A stretch of DNA of 64,000 nt from an uncultured delta proteobacterium. Its GTDB lineage: Bacteria; Desulfobacterota; Binatia; Binatales; Binataceae. Positions within the stretch are counted from its first letter, which is position 1, and each line of letters begins with the position of its first letter. The position numbers were made by a program, and so were the translations under genes. The stretch covers positions 256,001-320,000 of the forward strand of contig CAVQEQ010000001.1 of NCBI GenBank assembly GCA_963711565.1, written 5' to 3'. The notes below the pieces were generated by a model. The model was not told where the DNA came from and did not search any database. It saw only the letters and a list, made by a program, of their open reading frames with translations. Of the stretch, positions 1 through 9,795 are shown piece by piece.

Positions 1-99
1 GCTTGATGAGTCAGTGGTTTGCGCGAATCCGATCGATGCGCAGCCGAACAGGGCCGCAACACCAAAAGACAGGGCTGCAGTTTTGATTGAGTGTTTCAC
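1..99 (-). CDS. 5' end of a secreted protein (runs off window)
   Basis: GTG at 99 after AAGGAG RBS; reads MKHSIKTAALSFGVAALFGCASIGFAQTTDSSS, a signal-peptide-like N-terminus; open to window edge. Confidence 0.6.
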   Translation of the reverse strand, partial: MKHSIKTAALSFGVAALFGCASIGFAQTTDSSS

Positions 100-258
100 A
101 ATTGTGTCTCCTTTAGTTCTCTGATGACTGGTCATGTTCCAGAGTAAGGTCGCCGTCATCTAAAGGACAAGGACGCATGCGGCAGTGATCGCATTATTGC
201 GTGCTGAGAAGAACTCGCAGCGACCATATTGAGATGCGGCGCCGGAGGAGAATTTTCT

Positions 259-318
259 CTAGGTAGTCTTTCCCGGCTTTCTAGGTACTTTTCCCGACGC
301 ATCTAGGTGATTTTCCGA
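259..318. promoter_or_regulatory. Three imperfect direct repeats CTAGGT...TTT(T)CC(C)G at 22-bp period
   Basis: CTAGGT starts at 259, 281 and 303 in the divergent intergenic region. Confidence 0.55.
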
Positions 319-349
319 TTCACCCCGTCGCTCTTTTGCGGCAACGTGG

Positions 350-1246
350 ATGGCAATTGGCTCGCATAGCACGCACCGAAAATCTCCTGCGCAGCGAAGC
401 CACTGTCGAGCGGAAAGGACTGAAAGCGAAAACAGGCGATTGTCGAATCTGGCAAATAATGGTCACGTGCCCGGTGTCTCCGCCCGACCGCCGATGCAGG
501 CGGGTCAATGGGAGCACGGCGTGCACATGGAGGCGCTGGCTAATCTCGCGCACGAACTTCGCTCTCCGGTGCAGGCGATCCTCGGCTATCTCGACATCCT
601 GCGCGACGAGTTGAGCGAAACGGTGGGCGGCCGCCACAAGCAGATTCTCGACCGTCTCAATGCTAACGCGCACGACTTGGCGCAGACGGTCGAGAATGTG
701 ATGGATTTTTCGTTCAAGGACGCAATGGCTGAGGCGGAGGACGCAGAAGAAATCCGACTGCACGATCTGATCGGAGACCTTGCCCCGGTGCTCGAAGCCG
801 CCAACGACTCGAAGGGCCTCGAAATCAGGTTCGATCTGGAAGCCGCGCCCACCGTTTTTCGCTCGCGGCGCCGGCCGATCAAGTCGATACTGCTCAACCT
901 CGCGGTCAACGCAATCAAGTTTACCGACCGGGGTAGCATCACGATCGCCATCCGGCTGGCCGCATCGTCTCAACTCGGCTCAGCGGTTGAACTTGAAGTC
1001 CGCGACACCGGACCCGGAATCGATGCTGCAATGGTCGAGCAGGCATTCGAGACCTGCGCTCAGCTTTCGCACTCCAGCATCCGCAGCCACCGCGGAATGG
1101 GCCTGGGGCTAGCCGTCGTTCAACGCAATGTGCAGGCGCTAGGCGGGAAAATAATCGTCAGGAGCGAACTGCCGCGGGGTTCCGCCTTCGTCGTGATCGT
1201 CCCGATCACGGACCCAGTCGTCGCGAGTCATCGTATCCGCACCTAA
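350..1246 (+). CDS. Soluble sensor histidine kinase (HisKA + HATPase_c); start may be downstream (~527)
   Basis: H-box LAHELRSP, N-box NLAVNAIKFT, G1 DTGPGI, G2 GMGLGL. Confidence 0.85.
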   Translation: MAIGSHSTHRKSPAQRSHCRAERTESENRRLSNLANNGHVPGVSARPPMQAGQWEHGVHMEALANLAHELRSPVQAILGYLDILRDELSETVGGRHKQILDRLNANAHDLAQTVENVMDFSFKDAMAEAEDAEEIRLHDLIGDLAPVLEAANDSKGLEIRFDLEAAPTVFRSRRRPIKSILLNLAVNAIKFTDRGSITIAIRLAASSQLGSAVELEVRDTGPGIDAAMVEQAFETCAQLSHSSIRSHRGMGLGLAVVQRNVQALGGKIIVRSELPRGSAFVVIVPITDPVVASHRIRT

Positions 1247-1274
1247 GCTGGCTGTTTCCCTATCCTGTCTTAAT

Positions 1275-1331
1275 ACTGGGTGCAGGGGTCACCCCTGCCG
1301 AAGGAAGCGTGAAACCCACCGCGGGTTTCAC
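1275..1331 (+). repeat. Repeat family A (double hairpin GCAGGGGTCACCCCTGC + GTGAAACCC..GGGTTTCAC)
   Basis: Near-identical to 25565-25621; related to 5130, 29306, 60990, 63728. Confidence 0.85.
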
Positions 1332-1358
1332 TGCGATCAAGTTCTTCGCTCTTACGCG

Positions 1359-1967
1359 TTACCGATAGTGCCGCATCAACCCGACCACGACGCCGCGAAT
1401 CGCCAGGTCGCCCTCGCCCACCATGATCGGTTGCATCGCGGAGTTCGCCGGCTGCAGGCGGATCTGCCCGCTCGATTCACGGTAGAACTTCTTGACGGTC
1501 GCCTCGTTGCCGATCAGAGCGACCACCGTCTCTCCGTTGTCGGCGCTATCGCGGCCTTCGACGATTATGTAATCGCCGTCGCGGATGCCGTCTTCGATCA
1601 TCGAGTCGCCTTTCACCCGCAAGCAAAAAGTATTGTCGCGCCGGATGAAGTCGTCGGGCACGCTGATCGTTTCGTTGCTCTCGACCGCTTCGATCGGCGC
1701 GCCGGCCGCCACGGTGCCGAGCAATCGAATCGCCTTCGGCGCTTCGTGCTTCTCCGACCGCGCGACTTCGAGCGCCCGGCTATGATTGTGTTGGCGTATG
1801 ATGAACCCCTTCTGCTCGAGGTTGTGCAGATGCTTGTGCACGGTGGCCAGCGACGACAACCCGAAGTATGTGCCGACTTCGGCGAGCGTGGGTGCATAGC
1901 CGTGTTCGCTGATATAGTCGTTCAGGTAATCGATCAACTGCTTCTGCCGCTTGGTCAGCGTCGCCAT
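1359..1967 (-). CDS. lexA: SOS repressor LexA
   Basis: LTKRQ..GYAPT winged HTH, VAAG cleavage site, GDSM Ser and TVKK Lys of peptidase S24. Confidence 0.95.
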   Translation of the reverse strand: MATLTKRQKQLIDYLNDYISEHGYAPTLAEVGTYFGLSSLATVHKHLHNLEQKGFIIRQHNHSRALEVARSEKHEAPKAIRLLGTVAAGAPIEAVESNETISVPDDFIRRDNTFCLRVKGDSMIEDGIRDGDYIIVEGRDSADNGETVVALIGNEATVKKFYRESSGQIRLQPANSAMQPIMVGEGDLAIRGVVVGLMRHYR

Positions 1968-2000
1968 AGGGCTTCTCCCCTCGCTCTTTGGACGATGTCG

Positions 2001-2029
2001 ATCATGGCGAAAATCAGGCGAAGATGCAA
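2001..2029 (-). promoter_or_regulatory. Putative lexA promoter TTGCAT-N17-CATGAT with TTCGCC-N5-TTCGCC direct repeat in the spacer
   Basis: Read directly on the minus strand ~35-60 bp upstream of the lexA ATG. Confidence 0.55.
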
Positions 2030-2106
2030 GCAATGGACGTTACTTTGTTGCGGGGCGGTTTCGCGATCTTGACGGAGCGAATAGTCTCAATGACGACCTG
2101 AGTCCG

Positions 2107-2481
2107 ATGGCGAAACTGCGAATCCAATTCGAGAACGGCGACCCCGAGAAGGTAATCGAGTTCGACCCCGCCAAGGCGCCGTTTCATCACGACGGCAAGC
2201 CCGGCTCGATCCTCGACGTGATGCTGGGTCACGGAATCCATCTCGAGCACGCATGCGGCGGCAATTGCGCATGTACGACCTGCCACGTGATCGTCAAGCA
2301 GGGATTCAACAAGCTAGGCGAGTCGAGCGAACAGGAAGAGGACTTGCTCGACCGGGCGCCGGGACTGACGCCGACGTCGCGGCTCGGATGCCAGGCCGTC
2401 ATCGAGGATCGCGACGCAGAAATCGTCGTCGTCGTCCCGCGCTACACGATTAACCAGGTCAGCGAGGCGGCCGAGGAATGA
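2107..2481 (+). CDS. fdx: 2Fe-2S ferredoxin (adrenodoxin/ISC type)
   Basis: HACGGNCACTTCH and SRLGCQ motifs. Confidence 0.9.
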   Translation: MAKLRIQFENGDPEKVIEFDPAKAPFHHDGKPGSILDVMLGHGIHLEHACGGNCACTTCHVIVKQGFNKLGESSEQEEDLLDRAPGLTPTSRLGCQAVIEDRDAEIVVVVPRYTINQVSEAAEE

Positions 2482-3218
2482 TGCCCGATCCGCCGGCCGC
2501 TGAGGCACCCGCCAGGCGCGGGACGCTGAATGCGCGCGTCGAGAGAATTTTCGATCACGCATCGGACACGCGATCTCTCTTTCTCTCGCTCACCAGCGGC
2601 AAGCATCTGCGATTCCTCCCCGGCCAGTTCATTTCGATAACGATTCCGCTCGGCGACGAGACCCGCTCGCGTCCCTACTCCGTTGCGTCCGATCCCGAAG
2701 ATCGCGGCCCGTTCGAGATTTGCTTCAATCGCGTCGAGGGCGGTCGCGGCGTAGCGTGGCTGTTCGATCGGCGCGTCGGCGACACGCTCGATTTCAGCGG
2801 GCCGTTCGGCGCCTTTACGATCGATCGCGCGCCCGAGGTGGCGGAACTCGGCTTCATCGCCGAGGGCACGGCGATCGCGCCGATACGCTCGATGCTGAAG
2901 CGGGCGCTCGCATCGTCGTCACCGTCGAAGATTCATTTGATTTACGCGGCGCCGGATCGCGAGCACGTCCTGTACGCCGCCGAACTCGACGAGATCGCTC
3001 GGAGCGCGCCGAATTTTTCGTACGAGACGGTGATCGCGCATCCCGAAGAAATTTCCGATCGCCTATTCGAGCTGGCGCAAGCGCGATGGGTGACCGGCGA
3101 CGCCGATCGCATGCGCCACTTCTACGTCTGCGGCGTCGGCAAAGGCGTGATTCGGCTCCGCGACCTGCTGCGGGGCGCCGGCTACGAGCGCCGCTCCGTG
3201 CATTACGAGCAGTGGTGA
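2478..3218 (+). CDS. FAD/NAD(P)-binding ferredoxin reductase-like oxidoreductase
   Basis: PGQF, RPYSVAS, GPFGAF, GTAIAP, YVCG motifs; ATGA overlap with fdx. Confidence 0.85.
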   Translation: MMPDPPAAEAPARRGTLNARVERIFDHASDTRSLFLSLTSGKHLRFLPGQFISITIPLGDETRSRPYSVASDPEDRGPFEICFNRVEGGRGVAWLFDRRVGDTLDFSGPFGAFTIDRAPEVAELGFIAEGTAIAPIRSMLKRALASSSPSKIHLIYAAPDREHVLYAAELDEIARSAPNFSYETVIAHPEEISDRLFELAQARWVTGDADRMRHFYVCGVGKGVIRLRDLLRGAGYERRSVHYEQW

Positions 3219-3227
3219 CGCTCGCCG

Positions 3228-4160
3228 CTACTTCGCGAATGCTTTCCTGAGCGCCGCGGCGGACTCGTCGATTGCGAGCTTGCCCTTGTCGAGCACCTCG
3301 TACATCGAAAAGAATCCGTGGATCATTCCTTCGTAGCGCGTAACGGTCACGGGCACGCCGGCGGCGCGCAGCTTCTCGCCGTAGGTCTCGCCCTCATCGC
3401 GCAGCGGATCGAAATCCGCCGTTATGATCAGCGCGGGCGGCAGCCCCTTGAAGCTCTTCGCCAACGCCGGCGCGATACGCGGGTCTTTGCGATCCGCCGG
3501 GCTGCGCAGGTAATGCTTCCAGAAATAAACTATGTCGTCCTTGGTCAGAAAGTAGTCGGTGAAGGTTTTGTGCGAGTAGGTGTCGAGCTCCGCCTCCGTC
3601 GCGGGGTAGATGAGCAGCTGGAACGCGATTTTCGGGCCGCCCGCGTCGCGCGCGAGCTGTGAAATCACCGCCGACAGGTTACCGCCCGCGCTGTCACCAC
3701 CGACAGCCAACCGGTTCGCATCTGCGTTCAGCTCTTTAGCGTGCGCGGCGACCCACTTGGTCGCGGCAAAGCAATCTTCGACGCCGGCTGGAAATTTATT
3801 CTCGGGCGCAAGCCGGTAATCGACCGACACCGTCACGCATCCGGCCTTGTTAGTGAGCGCGCGGCACGGCCCGTCGTGAGTATCGAGGTCCATAATCACC
3901 CATCCACCGCCGTGGAAAAATACCAACACCGGAAACGGGCCCGTGCCCTCGGGAGTGTAGATGCGAATCGGAATCTCGCCGGCAGGGCCGGGAATTTTGC
4001 GATCCTCGACTTTGGCGATTTTCTCAGCCCGCTCCGGCGGCACTCTGAACATATTGGCGGTCAAGCGGCGCGCTTCGGCCGGCTCCAGCGTATGCAGCTT
4101 GGGGCCGGGCGCGGCGGCGATTTGATCCATCAGGACTTTCACTTGCGGGTCGAGCGGCAT
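3228..4160 (-). CDS. Alpha/beta hydrolase, HSL-family esterase
   Basis: HGGGW, GDSAGG, DPLRDEG, HGF motifs. Confidence 0.92.
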   Translation of the reverse strand: MPLDPQVKVLMDQIAAAPGPKLHTLEPAEARRLTANMFRVPPERAEKIAKVEDRKIPGPAGEIPIRIYTPEGTGPFPVLVFFHGGGWVIMDLDTHDGPCRALTNKAGCVTVSVDYRLAPENKFPAGVEDCFAATKWVAAHAKELNADANRLAVGGDSAGGNLSAVISQLARDAGGPKIAFQLLIYPATEAELDTYSHKTFTDYFLTKDDIVYFWKHYLRSPADRKDPRIAPALAKSFKGLPPALIITADFDPLRDEGETYGEKLRAAGVPVTVTRYEGMIHGFFSMYEVLDKGKLAIDESAAALRKAFAK

Positions 4161-4221
4161 GGTTTTTCCTCCGGGTGATCTTTCTTAGACCGGAACGCCC
4201 GCTGGCGACAAGCGCACCGCA

Positions 4222-5067
4222 CTACGGCGCGAAACTGGATAGCAGACTGATCGCGCCGGGGTGTCCGTCGATTCTAATGCCGCGCGCAATGGCTCCCTCG
4301 CGCTCGAGTCGGCACGCCGCACCCTCGACCAATGCCGCGTCGATCCCCAGCAGCCGCGCGATCGCACGCTCACTGCCGAAGGCCGCCGTCTCGAAATATT
4401 TCGTGACGATCGCGTACGCTGCCTGCTTCCGCGAGAGTTTGCGCGCATCCGCAATCGCGTCGGGCCATCGATGCTCCATCGTGTCCCACACGTAGCTGAA
4501 CGGGTCGGCGCGCTCGTCAACTTTGAGCGCAAGAAATTTTTCCTGCAGCTCCGCCATCGCGCGGTCGAACACCGCGCGCTTCGACGCTTGCGCGTAACCG
4601 CTTGATAGCTTGAGCACGCGCGTCTCAGCCGCGCCGCGCTTGGAGAGTGCGTCCATCACCAGTTTGCCGCAATGCGACAAGCCGCCGCGGAGGTACAGCT
4701 TGCGATAGCCGCCCGGCTCGATGCGCAGCCTGAGGAACGCTCCCAGCATCTTGCGTGCGATGAAGCTCGGGCGTCGCGCGATCACCTTGCCGTAATAGAC
4801 CGCGCGGCGCTGCGGCAATGAGTCCTTGATTCGCCAGGTCATCCCGATCGCGTAGTCATGCTGAATATGCTCGGGCATCGAAGGTTCGCGCGTTCCCGCA
4901 ATCGCCTCGCGCAGGCACGGCACTCCCATCCCGGACGTGAACCCGGTACAGAATCCAACCTCTTCGATAAACTTGAGCGCGCTCTTCTCGCCGGTCACGC
5001 GCCGCGACGCGACGCGCCTGAAATGATGGTCGCGATGCCGCTCGAGCGCGTCGAGAATATTGCTCAT
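4222..5067 (-). CDS. Hypothetical protein, possibly AlkZ-related winged-helix family
   Basis: Long ORF with coding-like composition; resemblance (FIEEVGFC, WRIKD, VYYGK) judged by eye. Confidence 0.5.
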   Translation of the reverse strand: MSNILDALERHRDHHFRRVASRRVTGEKSALKFIEEVGFCTGFTSGMGVPCLREAIAGTREPSMPEHIQHDYAIGMTWRIKDSLPQRRAVYYGKVIARRPSFIARKMLGAFLRLRIEPGGYRKLYLRGGLSHCGKLVMDALSKRGAAETRVLKLSSGYAQASKRAVFDRAMAELQEKFLALKVDERADPFSYVWDTMEHRWPDAIADARKLSRKQAAYAIVTKYFETAAFGSERAIARLLGIDAALVEGAACRLEREGAIARGIRIDGHPGAISLLSSFAP

Positions 5068-5129
5068 GCGGCGCGATGGTAGCTTGAGTACCGAGAGCAA
5101 AGTAGCGTCCTCGCAACTTTGCGATTGAC

Positions 5130-5167
5130 ACTGGGTGCAGGGGTCACCCCTGCCGCCCCGCGCGCAG
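5130..5167 (+). repeat. Repeat family A, short subtype
   Basis: ACTGGGTGCAGGGGTCACCCCTGCCGCC..CGCGCAG; matches reverse complement of 29306-29344. Confidence 0.8.
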
Positions 5168-5196
5168 CGGTTCTGGATCTCCTCCAGGCGCCCCGC

Positions 5197-6519
5197 TCAT
5201 CCCGGAATTCGCTCGACACTTTCCGCAAAGATTCGCCGGTAGTTGGTCTTCACCGCGAGTCCGCGCGTGATTCCTTCCAGCCCGACCAGTGCGCGAATCA
5301 GAAACACGCTGTGCGCGGGCGATTTGTACAGCTGGTTTTGAAGCGCGAGCTCTCCGACCTTGGCCGCCTTGCCGACCGTGTCGTAGTCGCGTGGATCGAC
5401 CGCGTAATTGACCCTCATCGGCTCGAACAGGATGTGAATGATTTTGACCATCGGCGCCGCGTCCTGACTGCGATCGAGATAGCCGAGCTTGACCATCGCC
5501 GCCGCCAGCGATTTGTCGTCGCCGCTCAGAATCGCGCGCGCGACTTGCAGGTTGGCCTTGCGCACCGGTTCGGGGAAGCGCCGTATCGAGCCGAAGTCGA
5601 GGACGCCAAGCCGCGGATGATGGCTCACGAGGTAGTTGCCCGGATGAAAATCGGTGTGCAGCATCCCGAATTCGAGAATCTGCCGCCACGCGAACTCGTG
5701 CATCTTCCTCGTGACCCATTCGCGCAGCTCGGCATCGACCTCCGACCCCATCACGTCCGCCAGCGGATAGCCGTCGACGTACGTCATCGTCAGCACGCGC
5801 TGCGAACTCAACTCCTTGACGTAGCGCGGAATCATGATCTCGCCGTCCGCGCCGAGACGCCGGCCGAACTCGACGATGTTGCGCGCCTCGTTCACGTAGT
5901 CGAGCTCCTCGCGCAGCCGCTGCTCGAGTTCCCTGTACACGGCGCCGGTGTCGATCTGTTGGCGCATCACGTCATGACCGAGCGCCTGCAAGGTCCGCAG
6001 CAGCAGCTTGAGATTCTGCAAGTCCTGCTCGACGGTATCCTCGACGCCCGGATACTGGATCTTCACCGCGACGTCGAGACCATCACGCGTGACCGCGCGA
6101 TGCACCTGGCCGAGCGACGCGGCGGCAAACGCGGTCTGATCGAAACTCCTGAAGATCGCCTCGGGCCGCTTGCCGATCTCCTTGCGAATCTGCTCCGAAA
6201 TAGTCGCGTAGCTCATCGGCGGCACGCTCGATTGCGTCGCGCGCAGCACGTCGAGCGCCTCGCCCGGCAGCAGATCCTTACGAATCGAGAGCATCTGAAT
6301 AAGCTTCATGAACGCGCCGCGAAGCTGCTTCGAGCTCTCGACAATTCGCTGCGCGTTGCGGATGTGAGTCTCGAGCAGGTCGCGCTCGCGCGCGGGCGCG
6401 CTCAGAAAAGGCCGCCGCAATTGATTCCACAGGTAGCTGGAGCCCACCTGCGACGCGAGCTCGCCCATCTTGATCGCGCGGCGCGCGCGCCCGCTGGTGA
6501 TTGACGTGCGTTTCGCCAT
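5197..6519 (-). CDS. ABC1/UbiB/AarF atypical kinase
   Basis: [34 protein letters not shown]. Confidence 0.92.
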   Translation of the reverse strand: MAKRTSITSGRARRAIKMGELASQVGSSYLWNQLRRPFLSAPARERDLLETHIRNAQRIVESSKQLRGAFMKLIQMLSIRKDLLPGEALDVLRATQSSVPPMSYATISEQIRKEIGKRPEAIFRSFDQTAFAAASLGQVHRAVTRDGLDVAVKIQYPGVEDTVEQDLQNLKLLLRTLQALGHDVMRQQIDTGAVYRELEQRLREELDYVNEARNIVEFGRRLGADGEIMIPRYVKELSSQRVLTMTYVDGYPLADVMGSEVDAELREWVTRKMHEFAWRQILEFGMLHTDFHPGNYLVSHHPRLGVLDFGSIRRFPEPVRKANLQVARAILSGDDKSLAAAMVKLGYLDRSQDAAPMVKIIHILFEPMRVNYAVDPRDYDTVGKAAKVGELALQNQLYKSPAHSVFLIRALVGLEGITRGLAVKTNYRRIFAESVERIPG

Positions 6520-7289
6520 CAGCGTCCGTCGCGCTCGATTCCGACCCGGTTGATCAACGTGGCCGCCAGCGCCGCGCCGAAACCATTGTCGATATTGACG
6601 ACGGTCACGCCGCTCGCGCACGAATTCAGCATCCCCAGCAGCGCGGCCAGACCGCCCATCGACGCGCCGTAACCGACGCTGGTCGGCACGGCGATCACAG
6701 GCTTGTCGACCAGGCCCGCGACCACCGACGGCAGCGCGCCTTCCATCCCCGCGACGACGATTAGCACGCTAGCTTTGCGAATCGTTTCGAGGTTCGCTGT
6801 GAGGCGATGAATTCCCGCGACGCCGACGTCGTAGACGCGCGCCACGCGATTTCCGAACAGCTCGGCGCACAGCGCCGCTTCCTCGGCGACCGGAATGTCG
6901 GAAGTGCCCGCGCTCAGCACCATCACGACGCCCTGCCCCGACGGCTTGACGCGCTCCTTCACGACCATGCCGATGCGTGCGTCGGGACGATACTCCAGCG
7001 CGCGGATTTTGCGTTTGACGATGCGCGCCTTGTCCGCATCGAGCCGCGTGATTATCAGATTCGTCCCCGACGCAATGACGCGCAGTCCGATCGCCACGAG
7101 CTGATCGGCAGTTTTACCTTCGCCGAAAATCACTTCGGGAATCCCGCGGCGGACGCTCCGGTGATTGTCGAGCTTGGCAAAGCCCAGGTCTTCGAACGGC
7201 AGCTCGCGGATATGCTTGAACCCAGCGCCCGGAGTCATCTTGCCCTCGGCGACGCCGTCGAGGATTTCGCGGATTCGCTTTTCAGTCAT
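6519..7289 (-). CDS. larB: Nickel-pincer cofactor biosynthesis protein LarB
   Basis: PEVIFGEGK, AGTSD, DVGVAG, AGMEGALPS, VPTSVGYG, NIDNGFGAA. Confidence 0.93.
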   Translation of the reverse strand: MTEKRIREILDGVAEGKMTPGAGFKHIRELPFEDLGFAKLDNHRSVRRGIPEVIFGEGKTADQLVAIGLRVIASGTNLIITRLDADKARIVKRKIRALEYRPDARIGMVVKERVKPSGQGVVMVLSAGTSDIPVAEEAALCAELFGNRVARVYDVGVAGIHRLTANLETIRKASVLIVVAGMEGALPSVVAGLVDKPVIAVPTSVGYGASMGGLAALLGMLNSCASGVTVVNIDNGFGAALAATLINRVGIERDGR

Positions 7290-8575
7290 CGCCGTTTGAG
7301 AAGTTCCGGGCGGATCGGATGCGCAAGTGTCAATATCAGTTCGCGCACAGCGCGCGCGTCGCTGCGCGTGACGGTGATCGTCAATTCGCCCTCGATTAAT
7401 TTTTCGCCGGGTTTGGGAATATGCCCGAGTCGTTCGACCACCAATCCGCCGATGGTAGCATACTCGTCGGCCTCCGAAAGCTTGAGGCCGAAGCGCTCGT
7501 TCAGCTCCGTAATCGGTGCGCGTCCGACAATCGACAGCACCCGCGGGCTGACCACTTTGGCCAACTCCTCGCGAAGGTCGTGTTCATCCTCGATATCGCC
7601 GACGATCTCTTCGATCAGATCTTCCAGCGTCAGAATTCCCGCCGAGCCGCCATACTCATCGACGACCACGGCCAGATTTTCTCCGGTGCGCTGCATCGCG
7701 ACCAGCGCCTCGTCGAGCGGCATCGATTCGGGAAAATAGCTGACCGGCCGCATGATGTCGCTCACCGGGCGGCTGAGATCGGGCGCCTGCAAAAGATCGA
7801 AGACATGAACGACGCCGACTATGTCCGTGATTCGACGCCGGAAGACCGGGATGCGGCTGAAGCCTTCGCGGCGGACAGTTTCGATCGCGGCTGCCAGCGA
7901 GGTTTCCTCCGGCACCGCATCGACGCCCACCAGCGGCACCATCGCCTTGCGCGCCTCGGCCTGCGAGAAGCGGAAGATGCGGCTGATCATCAACTGCTCG
8001 GCGGGCAGGATGTCGTCGTACGACGGCGCGGAGGCGTCGCTCGGTCGTCGCCGCATCAAGCGCGCCAGGTCCTCACGGCTCAAGAATACGCTCTCGGCAT
8101 CGGCCGGCACTCCTGCCAATCGACGCAACAATCTACTGAGAACTGTCTCCGCATAGAGCAGCGGCGCGAGCACCGTCGCAAGGAAACGCAACGGCCGCGC
8201 GGCGAACAGCGCGAACGCGTGCGGTCTCATGAGCGTCAGCAGCTTCGGTATCGACTCGCCCAGCACCAGCGTGATGGGAGTCAGAATAAACGGTGCGAGA
8301 TAAACCAGGTGCGGCTTATTGTTGCGGTGCAAGTAGCTGGTGAGCACGACCGCCGCGACCACGGTGGCGAGGTTGGTTCCGGTGAGAGTGAGCGCCAGCA
8401 AGCGGTCGCGATTCGTCAGCAGTTCGCCCAGCACTCGCGAGCGTGCGTGTCCCCCTTCGCTCCCGGCGCGAACCTTCAGTTCGTCGGCTGAAACCAGCGC
8501 GATCTCCGACGCCGCGAAAAACGCCTGCACCACGAGGCATCCGGCCAGCGCGGCGATCAGCCAGATCATCGTCAT
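7286..8575 (-). CDS. Hemolysin/CNNM family protein (DUF21-CBS-CorC)
   Basis: SEIAL, GESIPK, FSRIPV, VVDEYGG, EDLIEEIVGDIEDE. Confidence 0.9.
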   Translation of the reverse strand: MTMIWLIAALAGCLVVQAFFAASEIALVSADELKVRAGSEGGHARSRVLGELLTNRDRLLALTLTGTNLATVVAAVVLTSYLHRNNKPHLVYLAPFILTPITLVLGESIPKLLTLMRPHAFALFAARPLRFLATVLAPLLYAETVLSRLLRRLAGVPADAESVFLSREDLARLMRRRPSDASAPSYDDILPAEQLMISRIFRFSQAEARKAMVPLVGVDAVPEETSLAAAIETVRREGFSRIPVFRRRITDIVGVVHVFDLLQAPDLSRPVSDIMRPVSYFPESMPLDEALVAMQRTGENLAVVVDEYGGSAGILTLEDLIEEIVGDIEDEHDLREELAKVVSPRVLSIVGRAPITELNERFGLKLSEADEYATIGGLVVERLGHIPKPGEKLIEGELTITVTRSDARAVRELILTLAHPIRPELLKRR

Positions 8576-9786
8576 CGATGGAGCCTCACCAGCTCGACCG
8601 CCGCGCCGCGCACGCGCTCGACGGTCGCCTCGAATTCCCCGAGCCTCAATTTTTCTCCCGCGCGCGGTACGCGCCCGAGCCTGCGCAGGATCAGGCTGCT
8701 GAGCGTCTTGCCGCCGCCGTAAACTTCGATGACCCGCGCCGGCGCGAGCGCGTCGGCGAGCTTGCCCAACCCGACTGCGCCGGAGGCTTGCCATTCGTCG
8801 TCGGAAATTTTCGTGAGCTCGGGAACCTCGCTGTCGAACTCGTCGCGAATCTCGCCGAATAATTCTTCGAGCAGGTCTTCGAGCGTCACCAGGCCAAGCA
8901 GACGGCCGTACTCGTTGACCACGAGCGCGATCTGGAAGCGGCCGCGGCGCATCTCGTCAAATAAATCGGCGAGCAGCTTGCCCGGCGGGACAAAATACGC
9001 CGGCCGCACCAGCCGCTCGACGCGCGGCGGCGATGGCTCCAGGCGCCGCGCCGCTAGGTCCTTGGCGTGCAGAATCCCGACGATATTGTCCTGGCTATGG
9101 CGATAGACCGGCACGCGCGAGAAACTTTCGTGCGCGATTTCCGCCACCAGCTGCGCCACCGGCATCTCGATGTCGAGCGAGAAGATCCGGTCCCGCGGTG
9201 TCATCACCTCGGACGCGCGCCGCGCACCAAAGTCGAACACGCGATGAATCATCGCGCGCTCGGCGGGTTCCACCTGTCCCTGGTTTTCGCCGAGCCTGAG
9301 CAGCGTTTTGAACTCCGCTTCGGAAACCGGGCCGGGACTCGGCGCCTGCTCGAGCGGCGTGAAATGGCGCGCGAACGGATGGACCACGTCGGCTAGCACC
9401 GCCAGCGGCCGCGCCGTGAGCCACGCCAGCGCGGACGGAAATCCAAGCGCAAACGTCTTCGGCGTAATGTCGCAGAACAAGAGTACGACCACCAACATCG
9501 CCGGCGCCGCGACGATCGGCCCCCATTTGTCGCCGAGCCACGCCAGCAGAATGATCGTCACGAGGCAGTCGGCAAAAATGTTGCACGCTTCGTTCAGCCC
9601 GATGATCACGATCAACGATTCGAGCGGCCGGCGCATCAGGCGGTCGAGCGCGCGCTGCACCGAGAGGCTCATCTGCTCGCGCGTATGCTCCAGCCGCGCC
9701 ATCGAGAACAGCGCGGTCTCGGACGCCGCCAACGTGGCGCTCAGCACGATGAGGATCAGGACCACGAACGACAACATGGACATCAT
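8572..9786 (-). CDS. Hemolysin/CNNM family protein (DUF21-CBS-CorC)
   Basis: [38 protein letters not shown]. Confidence 0.9.
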   Translation of the reverse strand: MMSMLSFVVLILIVLSATLAASETALFSMARLEHTREQMSLSVQRALDRLMRRPLESLIVIIGLNEACNIFADCLVTIILLAWLGDKWGPIVAAPAMLVVVLLFCDITPKTFALGFPSALAWLTARPLAVLADVVHPFARHFTPLEQAPSPGPVSEAEFKTLLRLGENQGQVEPAERAMIHRVFDFGARRASEVMTPRDRIFSLDIEMPVAQLVAEIAHESFSRVPVYRHSQDNIVGILHAKDLAARRLEPSPPRVERLVRPAYFVPPGKLLADLFDEMRRGRFQIALVVNEYGRLLGLVTLEDLLEELFGEIRDEFDSEVPELTKISDDEWQASGAVGLGKLADALAPARVIEVYGGGKTLSSLILRRLGRVPRAGEKLRLGEFEATVERVRGAAVELVRLHR

Positions 9787-9795
9787 CGATTCTAT

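Noticed and set aside
5119-6504. 461-aa plus-strand ORF
   Set aside because: Antisense to the ABC1 kinase and begins within a family-A repeat.
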